Shown here piece by piece: positions 40,909-49,073 of a DNA stretch of 64,000 nt (the first letter of the stretch is position 1; each line of letters opens with the position of its first letter). The DNA comes from Bacteroidota bacterium. GTDB lineage: Bacteria > Bacteroidota > Ignavibacteria > SZUA-365. The stretch covers positions 23,152-87,151 of the forward strand of contig JACZJN010000068.1 of assembly GCA_014860565.1 (NCBI GenBank), read 5' to 3'. The position numbers and the translations under genes were made by a program. The notes below the pieces were generated by a model. The model saw nothing but the letters and a program-made list of their open reading frames with translations, had not been told where the DNA came from and ran no database searches.

Positions 40909-41583
40909 ATGGAGCAAACACAGCAGAAGATCATCGACTACTACAATGCATTTTATTCCGCCGAGGGATTCAGCTACTATCCCCCCGCATTCACGAAGGC
41001 GGTCCTGAAATCCCTTTGCCGGAAGGCAGGAGTCGCACCCGGCACCCGGGTTCTCGACGTCGGCTGCGCGACGGGATACTACAGCGCGATACTCGCATCG
41101 CTGGGGTATGACGTCACGGGCATCGACATCAGCGAAACAGGAATTCAGAAAGCCAGAGAACGATATCCGGATATCCGTTTCGAGGTGCAGGATGCCACCG
41201 CCCTTCCCTATGCGAAAGGTTCGTTCGACTTCGTCTTCGCACTGGGCGTGAGCGTGGCGAACACGCGGGATCTCGGCGAACTCCATCGCTGGCTGGAGCA
41301 TCTGATGGGCGTCCTGACTCCAGGCGGGACCCTCGCTCTGCTCGGTGGCAGTACACTCACTGGCGCCGTGTCAGAGCACTCGGACTGGTTTAATCATACC
41401 TGGGGAGAAATCAAGGGCTTCATTCCATCCTGGGCGACGCAGGTTCGCGGTCCCTGGCTGACGCATTTCCGGCTGATGCAGATGCTGCCGCCGTCGCTTT
41501 CGATGAATGGCGTGATGACGCGATTGATGCGGTGGGTGCCGATGGGGTTTCAGCGACGGATCGTTCTTCTGCTGAAGAAATAG
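40909..41583 (+). CDS. Class I SAM-dependent methyltransferase
   Basis: Motif I VLDVGCATGYYSAIL. Acidic residue post-I (YDVTGIDISE). Motif II-like FDFVFALGV. The start is taken at the ATG at 40909 (MEQTQQKII). Confidence 0.75.
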   Translation: MEQTQQKIIDYYNAFYSAEGFSYYPPAFTKAVLKSLCRKAGVAPGTRVLDVGCATGYYSAILASLGYDVTGIDISETGIQKARERYPDIRFEVQDATALPYAKGSFDFVFALGVSVANTRDLGELHRWLEHLMGVLTPGGTLALLGGSTLTGAVSEHSDWFNHTWGEIKGFIPSWATQVRGPWLTHFRLMQMLPPSLSMNGVMTRLMRWVPMGFQRRIVLLLKK

Positions 41584-41743
41584 GAATACGAATGCAGGGA
41601 GGAACCGTTTTCGTGCCGCCCTTTCAGGGCGGTGGGGGTTTCGTGGGGTGTCGCGCCGTATCCCAGGGCTGCACGTCGTGGTCCGCCTTCGGCGTCCCCC
41701 GCCGTTTACCCTGGGCTGTAACCTTGCGCGCTTTCAGCGCGCG

Positions 41744-41804
41744 CCGCTCCTCCCCGCTCCTCCCAGCTCCTTCCGCTCCTCACTGCTCCTCCACGCTCCT
41801 CACT
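41744..41804. repeat. About six tandem copies of a degenerate 10-bp unit (YGCTCCTCMN on the plus strand, GGAGGAGC-rich on the minus strand) at the 3' end of the yfcC-like gene
   Basis: Read directly: cgctcctccc cgctcctccc agctccttc cgctcctcac tgctcctcca cgctcctcac. Confidence 0.5.
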
Positions 41805-43194
41805 GCCAGTGCGCAAGAACCGGCCAGATCAGTAGCAGCAGTGAGAGAATGAAAAAATACACCTGCATCGGCAGATGCCATTTGAACCAGCGTTCGTAGG
41901 GAATTTTCGCCATGGCGAGGGTGCCGATGGTAACGCCGGAGGTGGGAATGATCATGTTGGTGAAGCCGTCACCGAGCTGATAGGCGAGCACGGCGGTTTG
42001 ACGGGTGAGTCCCGACAGATCGGCGAGGGGACCCATCAGCGGCATGGTCAGCGCCGCCTTGGTCGAGCCGGAGGGGATGAAGAAATTCAGCGCCATCTGC
42101 ATGACGTACATGGCGTCGGCCGAAAGCATGCGCGGCAGGTTGGAGGTCATCGAGGAGAGTCCGTAGAGAATCGTGTCCATGATATTGCCGTTCTCCAGCA
42201 CGATAAGGATACCGCCCGCGAACGCGACGACGAGAGCCGCCGAGGCCATGTCCTTGACGCCGAGGATAAAGTTTTTCGCCAGAGTGTTGGGACTCTGTCC
42301 CGCCACGATGCCCGAGACCACACCCATGGCGAGGAACAGCGCGGATAGTTCGGTGATGTACCAACCGAAAACCGATACTCCGACGATCATTCCAACGACG
42401 CCTGCCAGCAGCACCAGCAGGCTCATCACATGCCGCCGCGTGAATGCGCCCTGTTCGCTCTGCTGGCGGAGGATCTCCTCCCGCCGCTTCGTGTCGAGGT
42501 CGTACATGGGACTGCGCGTGGGATCCTTGCGGATTCGCGCGGCATAGATCATGATCCAGGCCGTTGTGCTCGCGGTGACGATCACCCACACGACGATGCG
42601 GTATTCCCAGCCGGAAACGAGGGGAACGCCCGCGAGTCCCTGCGCGATCTGCAGGGTGAAGGGATTCAGGAACGCTCCCGCGAAGCCGACACCGGCCGCA
42701 AGAAAACTGAGTGAGATTCCAACGAAACTGTCGTAGCCCAGCGAGAGCGCGAGAGGAACGAAGATCAGGACAAACGGCATCGCCTCCTCGCACATGCCGA
42801 ACACCGCGCCGAACAGCGAGAAGAAGGTCATGACGATGGGAATGATGAGAATTTCCCTGCCCTTCAGCTTGCGGACAAGCTGATGCGTCCCTGCCGCGAT
42901 GGCCCCGGTTTCATTCAATATATAGAAAGCCCCGCCGACCAGAAAGATAAACGCCACGATTTCCGCCAGGCGCAGGAAACCCTGCATGGGTGCGGTGAAA
43001 ATCTCCAGGAACTGGGGGTGAGACTTTTCGAAGGTGAATGACCCAACCACAGGTACCTGCCGCGTGACGCCGCCTACTTCCTCGCTGACGCGCTCGTACG
43101 ATCCCCCCGGCACGATCCATGTCGCCACCGCCGCCAGGATGATCAGCGTAAATACGATAACAAATACATCGGGGATTTTTTTCTTGATAGACAC
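41800..43194 (-). CDS. yfcC: YfcC-family (C4-dicarboxylate anaerobic carrier-like/putative basic amino acid antiporter) integral membrane transporter
   Basis: GTG start. MSIKKKIPDVFVIVFTLIILAAVATWIVPGGSYERV is the hallmark N-terminus of the YfcC family. About 11-12 TM helices follow. Confidence 0.8.
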   Translation of the reverse strand: MSIKKKIPDVFVIVFTLIILAAVATWIVPGGSYERVSEEVGGVTRQVPVVGSFTFEKSHPQFLEIFTAPMQGFLRLAEIVAFIFLVGGAFYILNETGAIAAGTHQLVRKLKGREILIIPIVMTFFSLFGAVFGMCEEAMPFVLIFVPLALSLGYDSFVGISLSFLAAGVGFAGAFLNPFTLQIAQGLAGVPLVSGWEYRIVVWVIVTASTTAWIMIYAARIRKDPTRSPMYDLDTKRREEILRQQSEQGAFTRRHVMSLLVLLAGVVGMIVGVSVFGWYITELSALFLAMGVVSGIVAGQSPNTLAKNFILGVKDMASAALVVAFAGGILIVLENGNIMDTILYGLSSMTSNLPRMLSADAMYVMQMALNFFIPSGSTKAALTMPLMGPLADLSGLTRQTAVLAYQLGDGFTNMIIPTSGVTIGTLAMAKIPYERWFKWHLPMQVYFFILSLLLLIWPVLAHWQ

Positions 43195-43252
43195 TCAATC
43201 TCCGCCGGCGAACGGCTTCTGCTTCTTCGCTTTCGGCTCTCTGCGAACAGCC

Positions 43253-43318
43253 AACGTCTTCTCCTGCCTCCTGCTTCCTGCTTCCTGCTTCCTGCCTCCT
43301 GCCTCCTGCTTCCTACAT
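43253..43318. repeat. Eight tandem copies of a heptamer (CYTCCTG on the plus strand, CAGGARG on the minus strand) between the sigma-54 regulator stop and the yfcC-like start
   Basis: Read directly: ctcctgc ctcctgc ttcctgc ttcctgc ttcctgc ctcctgc ctcctgc ttcctac. Confidence 0.6.
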
Positions 43319-44743
43319 CTGTGGATCCATCAGCCGGTATTCCTTCACCTTCGTCTGCATGGTCTTGTAATCGATCTGCAGGATGCGGGCGGCCTTGGCC
43401 TTGTTCCAGCCCGTGCGTTTCAGCGTTTCGAGGAGGATTTGCCGTTCGATCTGTGCCGTGTGTTTGCGCACATGATCCTTGAGCGGGACGCCCTGCTCGA
43501 TATCATTCTCGTCGATTTCAGCGATTGCGATGGACGCACGGGCGCGGCGCTCGGCGTCGAGCTCGAGATCGAGATGATCGGTGGTGATGAATTCGTCGGC
43601 GAACAGTACGGCACGGCGCACGACGGCGCGAAGCTGTGCGACGTTCCCCGGCCAATTATATGCCAGCATCTTGTCGAGGGCCTTGGGAGTGAAGCCGTTG
43701 ATGGACTTATTGAGTTCCTTGTTGCTCTCCTGTATGAAGCGCGTCGCCAGATAAGGAATATCTGTCTTTCGCTCACGCAGGGAAGGGACGTGGAAGCTGT
43801 ATTCGTTGAGACGGTAGAAGAGATCCGGCCGGAATTCCTTTTTCTCGATCAGGTCGTGGAGATCCTTGCTCGTCGAAACAATGAGGCGGGCGTCAACCGG
43901 TATGGGTGTCTCGCTGCCGAGACGTGTGAGCGTGCGCGTCTGCAGGCTGCGGAGCAGTCGCGACTGCTGCCGCTGCGGGAAGGCGGAAACTTCATCGAGG
44001 AAGAGCGTTCCACTGTGCGACTGTTCCCACTTCCCCTGCTGCGTGTTGGCTGCCCCCGAAAAGGCACCGCGCTCGAATCCGAACAGTTCACGCTCCATCA
44101 TCGATTCGGAGAGCGCGTCGCACGCGATGGTGATAAAGGGTTTGGTCGCGCGGGGACTGGCGTCATGAAGGGCTTTGGCGACCAACGCCTTGCCCGTGCC
44201 CGGTTCTCCCGTGACGAGGATATCGAATTTCGTTCCGGCAATGCGCTTGATCGTCGTCACAAGTTCCATGATCACGTCGCTGGTGCCCATGCGCTGCAGC
44301 AACTCGTCCTGCTGCTGTTGGGGTTCTGCTTTCGGCTCCTGATATTTCCGCCGCATCAAGCGCTCGTCAAGCGCACGGGAGAGGAACTGAATCATCTCCC
44401 CCGTCTCGAATGGTTTGGCAATATAATCGAAGGCGCCTGCCTTCATCGCGTCCACGGCACCCGGGACACCCGCAAGCGCAGTCATGAACATCACGGGAAT
44501 CTCCGGATTGATGCGCCGCATCCTGAGCATGACCTCCCTGCCGTCCATGCCAGGCATGAGCACGTCGAGGACAACGGCATCGGGCGTTTCACGGCGGAAG
44601 AGTTCCAGTGCGGTATCTCCATCCAATGCCATCATGGCCGTCAATCCCTGCCGTTCAAACAAACGCTTGAGGAGGATGCACATATCCTCTTCATCGTCAA
44701 CGATGAGGATTTTCATTCCGCGATATTTTTCAAGCCCATCCAT
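43313..44743 (-). CDS. Sigma-54-dependent Fis-family response regulator (REC + AAA+ sigma-54 activator + HTH)
   Basis: REC domain (KILIVDDEEDM...LDVLMPGMDG). Walker A GEPGTGK. GAFTGA-type loop variant (ERGAFSGA). Arginine finger region. C-terminal HTH AARILQIDYKTMQTKVKEY. Confidence 0.85.
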   Translation of the reverse strand: MDGLEKYRGMKILIVDDEEDMCILLKRLFERQGLTAMMALDGDTALELFRRETPDAVVLDVLMPGMDGREVMLRMRRINPEIPVMFMTALAGVPGAVDAMKAGAFDYIAKPFETGEMIQFLSRALDERLMRRKYQEPKAEPQQQQDELLQRMGTSDVIMELVTTIKRIAGTKFDILVTGEPGTGKALVAKALHDASPRATKPFITIACDALSESMMERELFGFERGAFSGAANTQQGKWEQSHSGTLFLDEVSAFPQRQQSRLLRSLQTRTLTRLGSETPIPVDARLIVSTSKDLHDLIEKKEFRPDLFYRLNEYSFHVPSLRERKTDIPYLATRFIQESNKELNKSINGFTPKALDKMLAYNWPGNVAQLRAVVRRAVLFADEFITTDHLDLELDAERRARASIAIAEIDENDIEQGVPLKDHVRKHTAQIERQILLETLKRTGWNKAKAARILQIDYKTMQTKVKEYRLMDPQM

Positions 44744-45233
44744 GAGGGGCCTCCAACTGTAACGAGTGCACTAAAATACGGGAGAAGAGTATCTTTTTCA
44801 ACATCAACAGGGATATTATTCCCTTATTTTTTTGTCAGGAAGTCCCTGGCTGTTTGCGCTCGGACAGCACGTATCCGCCGCAGGAGAATACTCAGCCGTT
44901 GAGAACTGAACTCACCGGCCGAGAACTGATGATATATGCAACAACGAACGTTGAAATATACAACAGCACTTTAATTCAATCATATCAATTACTTAGCACT
45001 CTTTTCCCACGCAGAGGCGGTTTTGCCATGTTGAGTTATTCAACACAACCTCTGATTCGGTCATTGGCGCCAGAGAGCGGTAAAGTCCCATATATCCTTG
45101 CGTTACAATCACTTACATCGATTTACGGGAAGCGGAGGTCCAGCGATTTTATCTGGCAAGGTAGTTGTAGTGTATTTCAACAGTTGATTGTTGAATCACA
45201 CAACAACTCACCACCAGAAATCTGGAGTTCGTC
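44744..45233 (+). promoter_or_regulatory. AT-rich intergenic regulatory island upstream of the GcvH-fold/FeS/NrfD operon, with repeated TTCAACA/TGTTGAA palindromic sites and a sigma-54-like -24/-12 element
   Basis: The GC content drops sharply relative to the flanks. Palindrome GTTGAgttatTCAAC lies at about 45031-45047. An imperfect 13-bp inverted repeat gtgtatttcaaca-N6-tgttgaatcacac lies at about 45163-45196. TGGCAA-N5-TTGTA at 45154-45169 resembles the sigma-54 consensus TGGCAC-N5-TTGCA. GGAG Shine-Dalgarno 8 nt before the ATG at 45234. Confidence 0.4.
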
Positions 45234-45908
45234 ATGGTTGCCTTATTCGTCATTCTGTTCGTCGTTTTGCTGCTTGGCATCGATCTGTTCATACAGGCGC
45301 GCAGCAAACAGTATCCCATCATGGCAGCTGCTCCCGCAGGACAGGCATATACGCCCGACCGGGAGACGCTGCGAATTCCGAAAAGCGTCTTTTTCCATCC
45401 CGGACACACTTGGGCACGCCTGCAGGATGGCGATTCCCTTGAAGTCGGCATTGATGATTTCGTCCAGAAAGCACTGGGCGGCATCGACCGGGTCCTGCTT
45501 CCCAACGTCGGAGAGTTTGTCCGCCAGGGCGATGCCGTGATCACCGTCGGTCATCACGACAAGCAGCTCACGCTCGTTGCGCCTGCAAGCGGCTACGTGC
45601 GCTCGGTCAATCGCGACGCTGTGGAGAATCCGGGTATGGTCAGCGAAAATCCGTATCGCGATGGCTGGCTCATGATGATCGAGCCCGCTGAACTCGCAAG
45701 CAACCTCAGCGTACTGCATGTGGCTGAAAACGCAGTGTCCTGGATCAAGGAAGAAGTGAAACGTTTCCGCGAGTTTCTCAACGCAAGCGCTGCCGAGCCG
45801 GCACTGGTTGGAGAGGCGATGTTCGACGGCGGTGCCCCCATGGCCGGCGTGCTCGAGCAGCTCGACGACAAGCATGTGCTCGATTTCGAGCAGCAATTCC
45901 TGCGGTAG
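45234..45908 (+). CDS. Membrane-anchored glycine-cleavage H-protein-like (GcvH-fold) protein
   Basis: N-terminal TM helix MVALFVILFVVLLLGIDLFI. The remainder aligns by eye to GcvH: GHTWARLQDGDSLEVGIDDFVQKALGGIDRVLLPNVGEFV...VITVGHHDKQLTLVAPASGYVRSVN...NPYRDGWLMMIEP, versus GcvH HEWV...VGITDHAQ..LGDIVFVELPEVG...ESVKAASDIYAPVSGEVV.VN...PYG.GWLFK. A Lys sits near the lipoyl-lysine position. Confidence 0.6.
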   Translation: MVALFVILFVVLLLGIDLFIQARSKQYPIMAAAPAGQAYTPDRETLRIPKSVFFHPGHTWARLQDGDSLEVGIDDFVQKALGGIDRVLLPNVGEFVRQGDAVITVGHHDKQLTLVAPASGYVRSVNRDAVENPGMVSENPYRDGWLMMIEPAELASNLSVLHVAENAVSWIKEEVKRFREFLNASAAEPALVGEAMFDGGAPMAGVLEQLDDKHVLDFEQQFLR

Positions 45909-45965
45909 GATTCCGCACTCTCGTGTTTTCACTTTCTTTCACCATGGAATTCAGGAGACAGACTC

Positions 45966-46871
45966 ATGCCACACGCCATTCTCGTTGACCTGACCGAATG
46001 CGTGGGATGCGGCGCCTGCCGTGACGCCTGCCAGCAGGTTCATCATTTCCCGCAGGAAGAGTGCACATCCCTCGATGCCCACAATTTCACCACGCTCCGC
46101 AAAATCGAAACCGCGGACGGGCAGGAAGTCTTCGCCCGCCAGATGTGCCAGCACTGCCAGGATCCCGCCTGCGCGTCTGCATGTCTGGTGGGGGCGCTCG
46201 AAAAAACCCGCGACGGCGCGGTCACATGGGACACCGACAAATGCATCGGCTGCCGTTACTGCATGGTTGCCTGCCCGTTCGATATTCCCAAGTACGAGTG
46301 GGACACCAACAATCCCAAGGTGCGCAAATGCACCATGTGTTATACGGAACGCCATCTGGACGCGGATTCGAAGACCGATAAAGAGGGATACGTGCTCGAT
46401 CGCAGCGGGAAGCGCGTCAGTATCGACGGACGCCTGGTCACCGCGGAAGATCGCGACATGATCGTCGAGATGACCACGAACAGCGACGGCAAGCGTGCCA
46501 CGGCCTGTAGCGTGGCCTGCCCCATCGGCGCGACTCTCTACGGAGAACGCTCCGAATTGCTCGCCGAGGCGCACCGCCGCATTCGCAGCAACCCCGATTC
46601 GTACGTGCAGAAAGTCTACGGGCAGACAGAAGTGGGCGGGACGTCCGTGTTCTACCTCTCCAGCATGCCGTTTGAGCAGCTCGGCTTCTCGACGAAGCTC
46701 GACACCGAAGCACTCCCGCTGCGCACCTGGCGCGTCCTCGAAAAACTGCCGGACGTCATTCTGACCGCAGGCGTCGCGCTCGGCGCGGTGTACTGGATCA
46801 CCAATCGGCGCGAGGATGTGCGGAAGTTCGAAGAGGAAGTGAAGAATCAACGCTCACAAAAGAAATCCTGA
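45966..46871 (+). CDS. 4Fe-4S ferredoxin-type iron-sulfur subunit of the PsrB/DmsB/HybA family (four cluster motifs) with C-terminal TM anchor; no Tat signal
   Basis: Cluster motifs CVGCGACRDAC, CQHCQDPACASAC, CIGCRYCMVACP and CTMC. C-terminal hydrophobic helix VILTAGVALGAVYWI. AGGAGA Shine-Dalgarno. Confidence 0.8.
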   Translation: MPHAILVDLTECVGCGACRDACQQVHHFPQEECTSLDAHNFTTLRKIETADGQEVFARQMCQHCQDPACASACLVGALEKTRDGAVTWDTDKCIGCRYCMVACPFDIPKYEWDTNNPKVRKCTMCYTERHLDADSKTDKEGYVLDRSGKRVSIDGRLVTAEDRDMIVEMTTNSDGKRATACSVACPIGATLYGERSELLAEAHRRIRSNPDSYVQKVYGQTEVGGTSVFYLSSMPFEQLGFSTKLDTEALPLRTWRVLEKLPDVILTAGVALGAVYWITNRREDVRKFEEEVKNQRSQKKS

Positions 46872-46881
46872 GGAGGACGCA

Positions 46882-48102
46882 ATGAAATCCTTTCTGTCCC
46901 GTATCACATTCTGGAAAGCGACAGCTGCGGTTTTCCTCCTTGGCGGACTGGCCACAACGATCGTCCGTTTCGGCTGGGGACTCGGTGCGTCGACCAATCT
47001 GAGCGACATGACTCCATGGGGATTGTGGATCGGCTTCGACGTCGTGACCGGCGTCGGACTGGCTGCAGGCGGCTTTACACTTGCCGGCATCGTGCACATT
47101 TTCCATATCAAGCGCTTCCATCCGATCGTGCGTCCCGCTATCCTGACCGCGTTCCTGGGCTACTGCCTGGTCATCGTCGGACTGATGTTCGACCTCGGGC
47201 GTCCATGGGCGATCTGGCATGCGCTCATCTATCAGAATCCCCATTCGGTGCTGTTCGAAGTCGCCATGTGCGTGATGACCTATACCGCAGTACTCGCCCT
47301 CGAGTTCTCACCGGTCGTGCTTGAGCGCTTCCACCTTCACAAGTTGCTGAAATTTGTCAAGGCCATCACCGTTCCCCTGATCATTCTCGGCATCCTGCTC
47401 TCCATGCTGCATCAGTCTTCCCTCGGCTCGCTCTACCTGATCGTGCCGCAGAAAATGCACCCGTACTGGTATTCACCGATGCTGCCCGTGCTCTTCTTCG
47501 TCAGCGCCGTGGCCGTGGGACTCGGCATGACCATCGTCGAGTCGTACCTGAGCGCCCGTGCATTCCAGAAAACACTCGAGACGCCTCTGCTGCGAGATCT
47601 CACTCGCATCATGATCGGCGTGCTGCTCGTGTATTTCACTATGCGCGCAATCGATCTCTTCCACCGCAACGCGTTTGGGTTCCTTCTCGACGGCAGCTTC
47701 GAAACCATGATGCTGTACCTGGAAGTCGCCTTCATGCTGATCATTCCCCTGCTGCTCTTCAATCTTCGCGAATGGGGACGCTCACGCCAGGGACTGTTCT
47801 TCACGGCGTTTTCCGTCGTGCTCGGCTTCATCACCAACCGGCTGAACGTGACGATGACCTCCCTGGAAGGCTACTATAAGACCAATTTTGGGGTCTCGTA
47901 CTTCCCCGGCATCGGTGAACTCGCAGTTACCATTTCAATCGTGACCGTGGGCTTCGTGATCTTTGCGCTTGCGGTGAAGTATCTCCCGATTTTCCCTCAT
48001 CATGAGGAAGAAACCGTGCTACGGTTCGACGGCGCCCCGGCGCGCACGAATGAGAGCGCTTCCATGCACGCGACACCGGCGGCCGAACTGCGGCGCCACT
48101 GA
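46882..48102 (+). CDS. NrfD/PsrC-family polysulfide-reductase-type integral membrane (quinone-interacting) subunit
   Basis: About 10 TM helices with the NrfD-family pattern (WGLWIGFDVVTGVGLAAGGF..., LGRPW). GAGGAGG Shine-Dalgarno. Follows the FeS gene after a 10-nt gap. Confidence 0.8.
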   Translation: MKSFLSRITFWKATAAVFLLGGLATTIVRFGWGLGASTNLSDMTPWGLWIGFDVVTGVGLAAGGFTLAGIVHIFHIKRFHPIVRPAILTAFLGYCLVIVGLMFDLGRPWAIWHALIYQNPHSVLFEVAMCVMTYTAVLALEFSPVVLERFHLHKLLKFVKAITVPLIILGILLSMLHQSSLGSLYLIVPQKMHPYWYSPMLPVLFFVSAVAVGLGMTIVESYLSARAFQKTLETPLLRDLTRIMIGVLLVYFTMRAIDLFHRNAFGFLLDGSFETMMLYLEVAFMLIIPLLLFNLREWGRSRQGLFFTAFSVVLGFITNRLNVTMTSLEGYYKTNFGVSYFPGIGELAVTISIVTVGFVIFALAVKYLPIFPHHEEETVLRFDGAPARTNESASMHATPAAELRRH

Positions 48103-48109
48103 GGCTGAT

Positions 48110-48164
48110 GCCGGCTGCGATGCAGCGCACAACACCCGTGCACCGCAGCCGGCTGCATTTTTCC
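48110..48164 (+). terminator. Rho-independent terminator after the NrfD-like gene
   Basis: 10-bp stem gccggctgcg (48110-48119) pairs with cgcagccggc (48144-48153) across a 24-nt loop, followed by tgcattttt. Confidence 0.6.
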
Positions 48165-48222
48165 CTCGATCTGTATCATGTCTTCGTTTGATAAACTCCG
48201 GAAGATTCCAAGGCGGTCGGCA

Positions 48223-49005
48223 ATGAGCGTCATAATCGATACATCGTGCGATAACTGTGTCTGGGTGACTGCAGGCGTGCTCAACTACAAGTTGTGCGAC
48301 CGCGACTTTGACTGCGAACATTGTCCCCTCGATGCAGCCTTACGCGATCGCGCGAGCAGTTGTGTGGATAATGAAACCACACTATCCATGGCACGGCTTG
48401 ATTTTCCTGGCTGGAACGACCTGCCCGCCGAAGTCCAGCCGCTGCTCGAGCCTCTGCGCTCGCTGCAGCTCTGCCAGAGCGCCCGGTATTCCGCGCGTCA
48501 TGTCTGGGTGCGCCTCCTCGCATCCGGCATGGTGCGTCTGGGACTTGATAGTTTTGCCGCCGCCCTGCTTCCGGACGACGCTCAGCTCGTAACTGTCGCA
48601 CATAACACCGTATTGCGGGAAGGGGAGGCTTTTGGATGGGTCTATGCGTGGAATCAGACGCTTCCTCTCCCCGCACCTATTTCAGGTATGGTGGTCTGCC
48701 GCAACGGCGGACATCACGACTCGGTGGACAAGCTTCGTACAAGCCCGTATCGCGACGGATGCCTGCTCACGCTTTCCCCTTCCGTCGGTACGCTGGCTAC
48801 CGCACGCGTGTATTCTCCGGCAGTGCACTCAGGACGCATCCAACGTCACTGCCGCTCCATCGCCGGGAAGGTTGATCGTGCACTCGCCCATGCGGAACTC
48901 GGGCTCTGCCTCAACGACGGTGGTGAAGCAGTCCGTTCCCTCCCCCAGATGCTTGGTCAGGACCGTTACTGGAAGCTGATCAAACATTTCATTGGAGGAG
49001 AATAA
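48223..49005 (+). CDS. Second GcvH-fold paralog with Cys-rich (zinc-ribbon-like) N-terminus
   Basis: N-terminal C-x2-C-x12-C-x5-C-x2-C (SCDNCVWVTAGVLNYKLCDRDFDCEHCP). The GcvH-like region HVWVRLLASGMVRLGLDSFAAALLPDDAQLVTV...APISGMVVCRN...SPYRDGCLLTL is paralogous to 45234..45908. The start may alternatively be the ATG at 48178. Confidence 0.5.
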   Translation: MSVIIDTSCDNCVWVTAGVLNYKLCDRDFDCEHCPLDAALRDRASSCVDNETTLSMARLDFPGWNDLPAEVQPLLEPLRSLQLCQSARYSARHVWVRLLASGMVRLGLDSFAAALLPDDAQLVTVAHNTVLREGEAFGWVYAWNQTLPLPAPISGMVVCRNGGHHDSVDKLRTSPYRDGCLLTLSPSVGTLATARVYSPAVHSGRIQRHCRSIAGKVDRALAHAELGLCLNDGGEAVRSLPQMLGQDRYWKLIKHFIGGE

Positions 49006-49073
49006 GGTCCTCTTCCTTGATAGGCAAGGCCGGGTTCACTAGATTGTGAACAGCATCAATCGAGGAGTGCAGG

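Noticed and set aside
39256-41583. Apparent 500-bp overlap between minus ORF 39256..41301 and plus ORF 40765..41583
   Set aside because: This is an artefact of longest-ORF calling. With the signal-peptide start at 40833 for the minus gene and the ATG at 40909 for the methyltransferase, the genes are divergent with a 75-bp gap.
44854-45540. 228-aa plus-strand ORF spanning the AT-rich island
   Set aside because: Ser/Cys-rich low-complexity product with no start context. It overlaps the well-supported GcvH-fold gene in another frame. The region is better explained as regulatory DNA.
45243-46850. Minus-strand ORFs 45243..45932 (229 aa) and 45951..46850 (299 aa)
   Set aside because: Antisense to the GcvH-fold and 4Fe-4S genes, which have Shine-Dalgarno sites and clear motifs. 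The minus-strand products are low-complexity.
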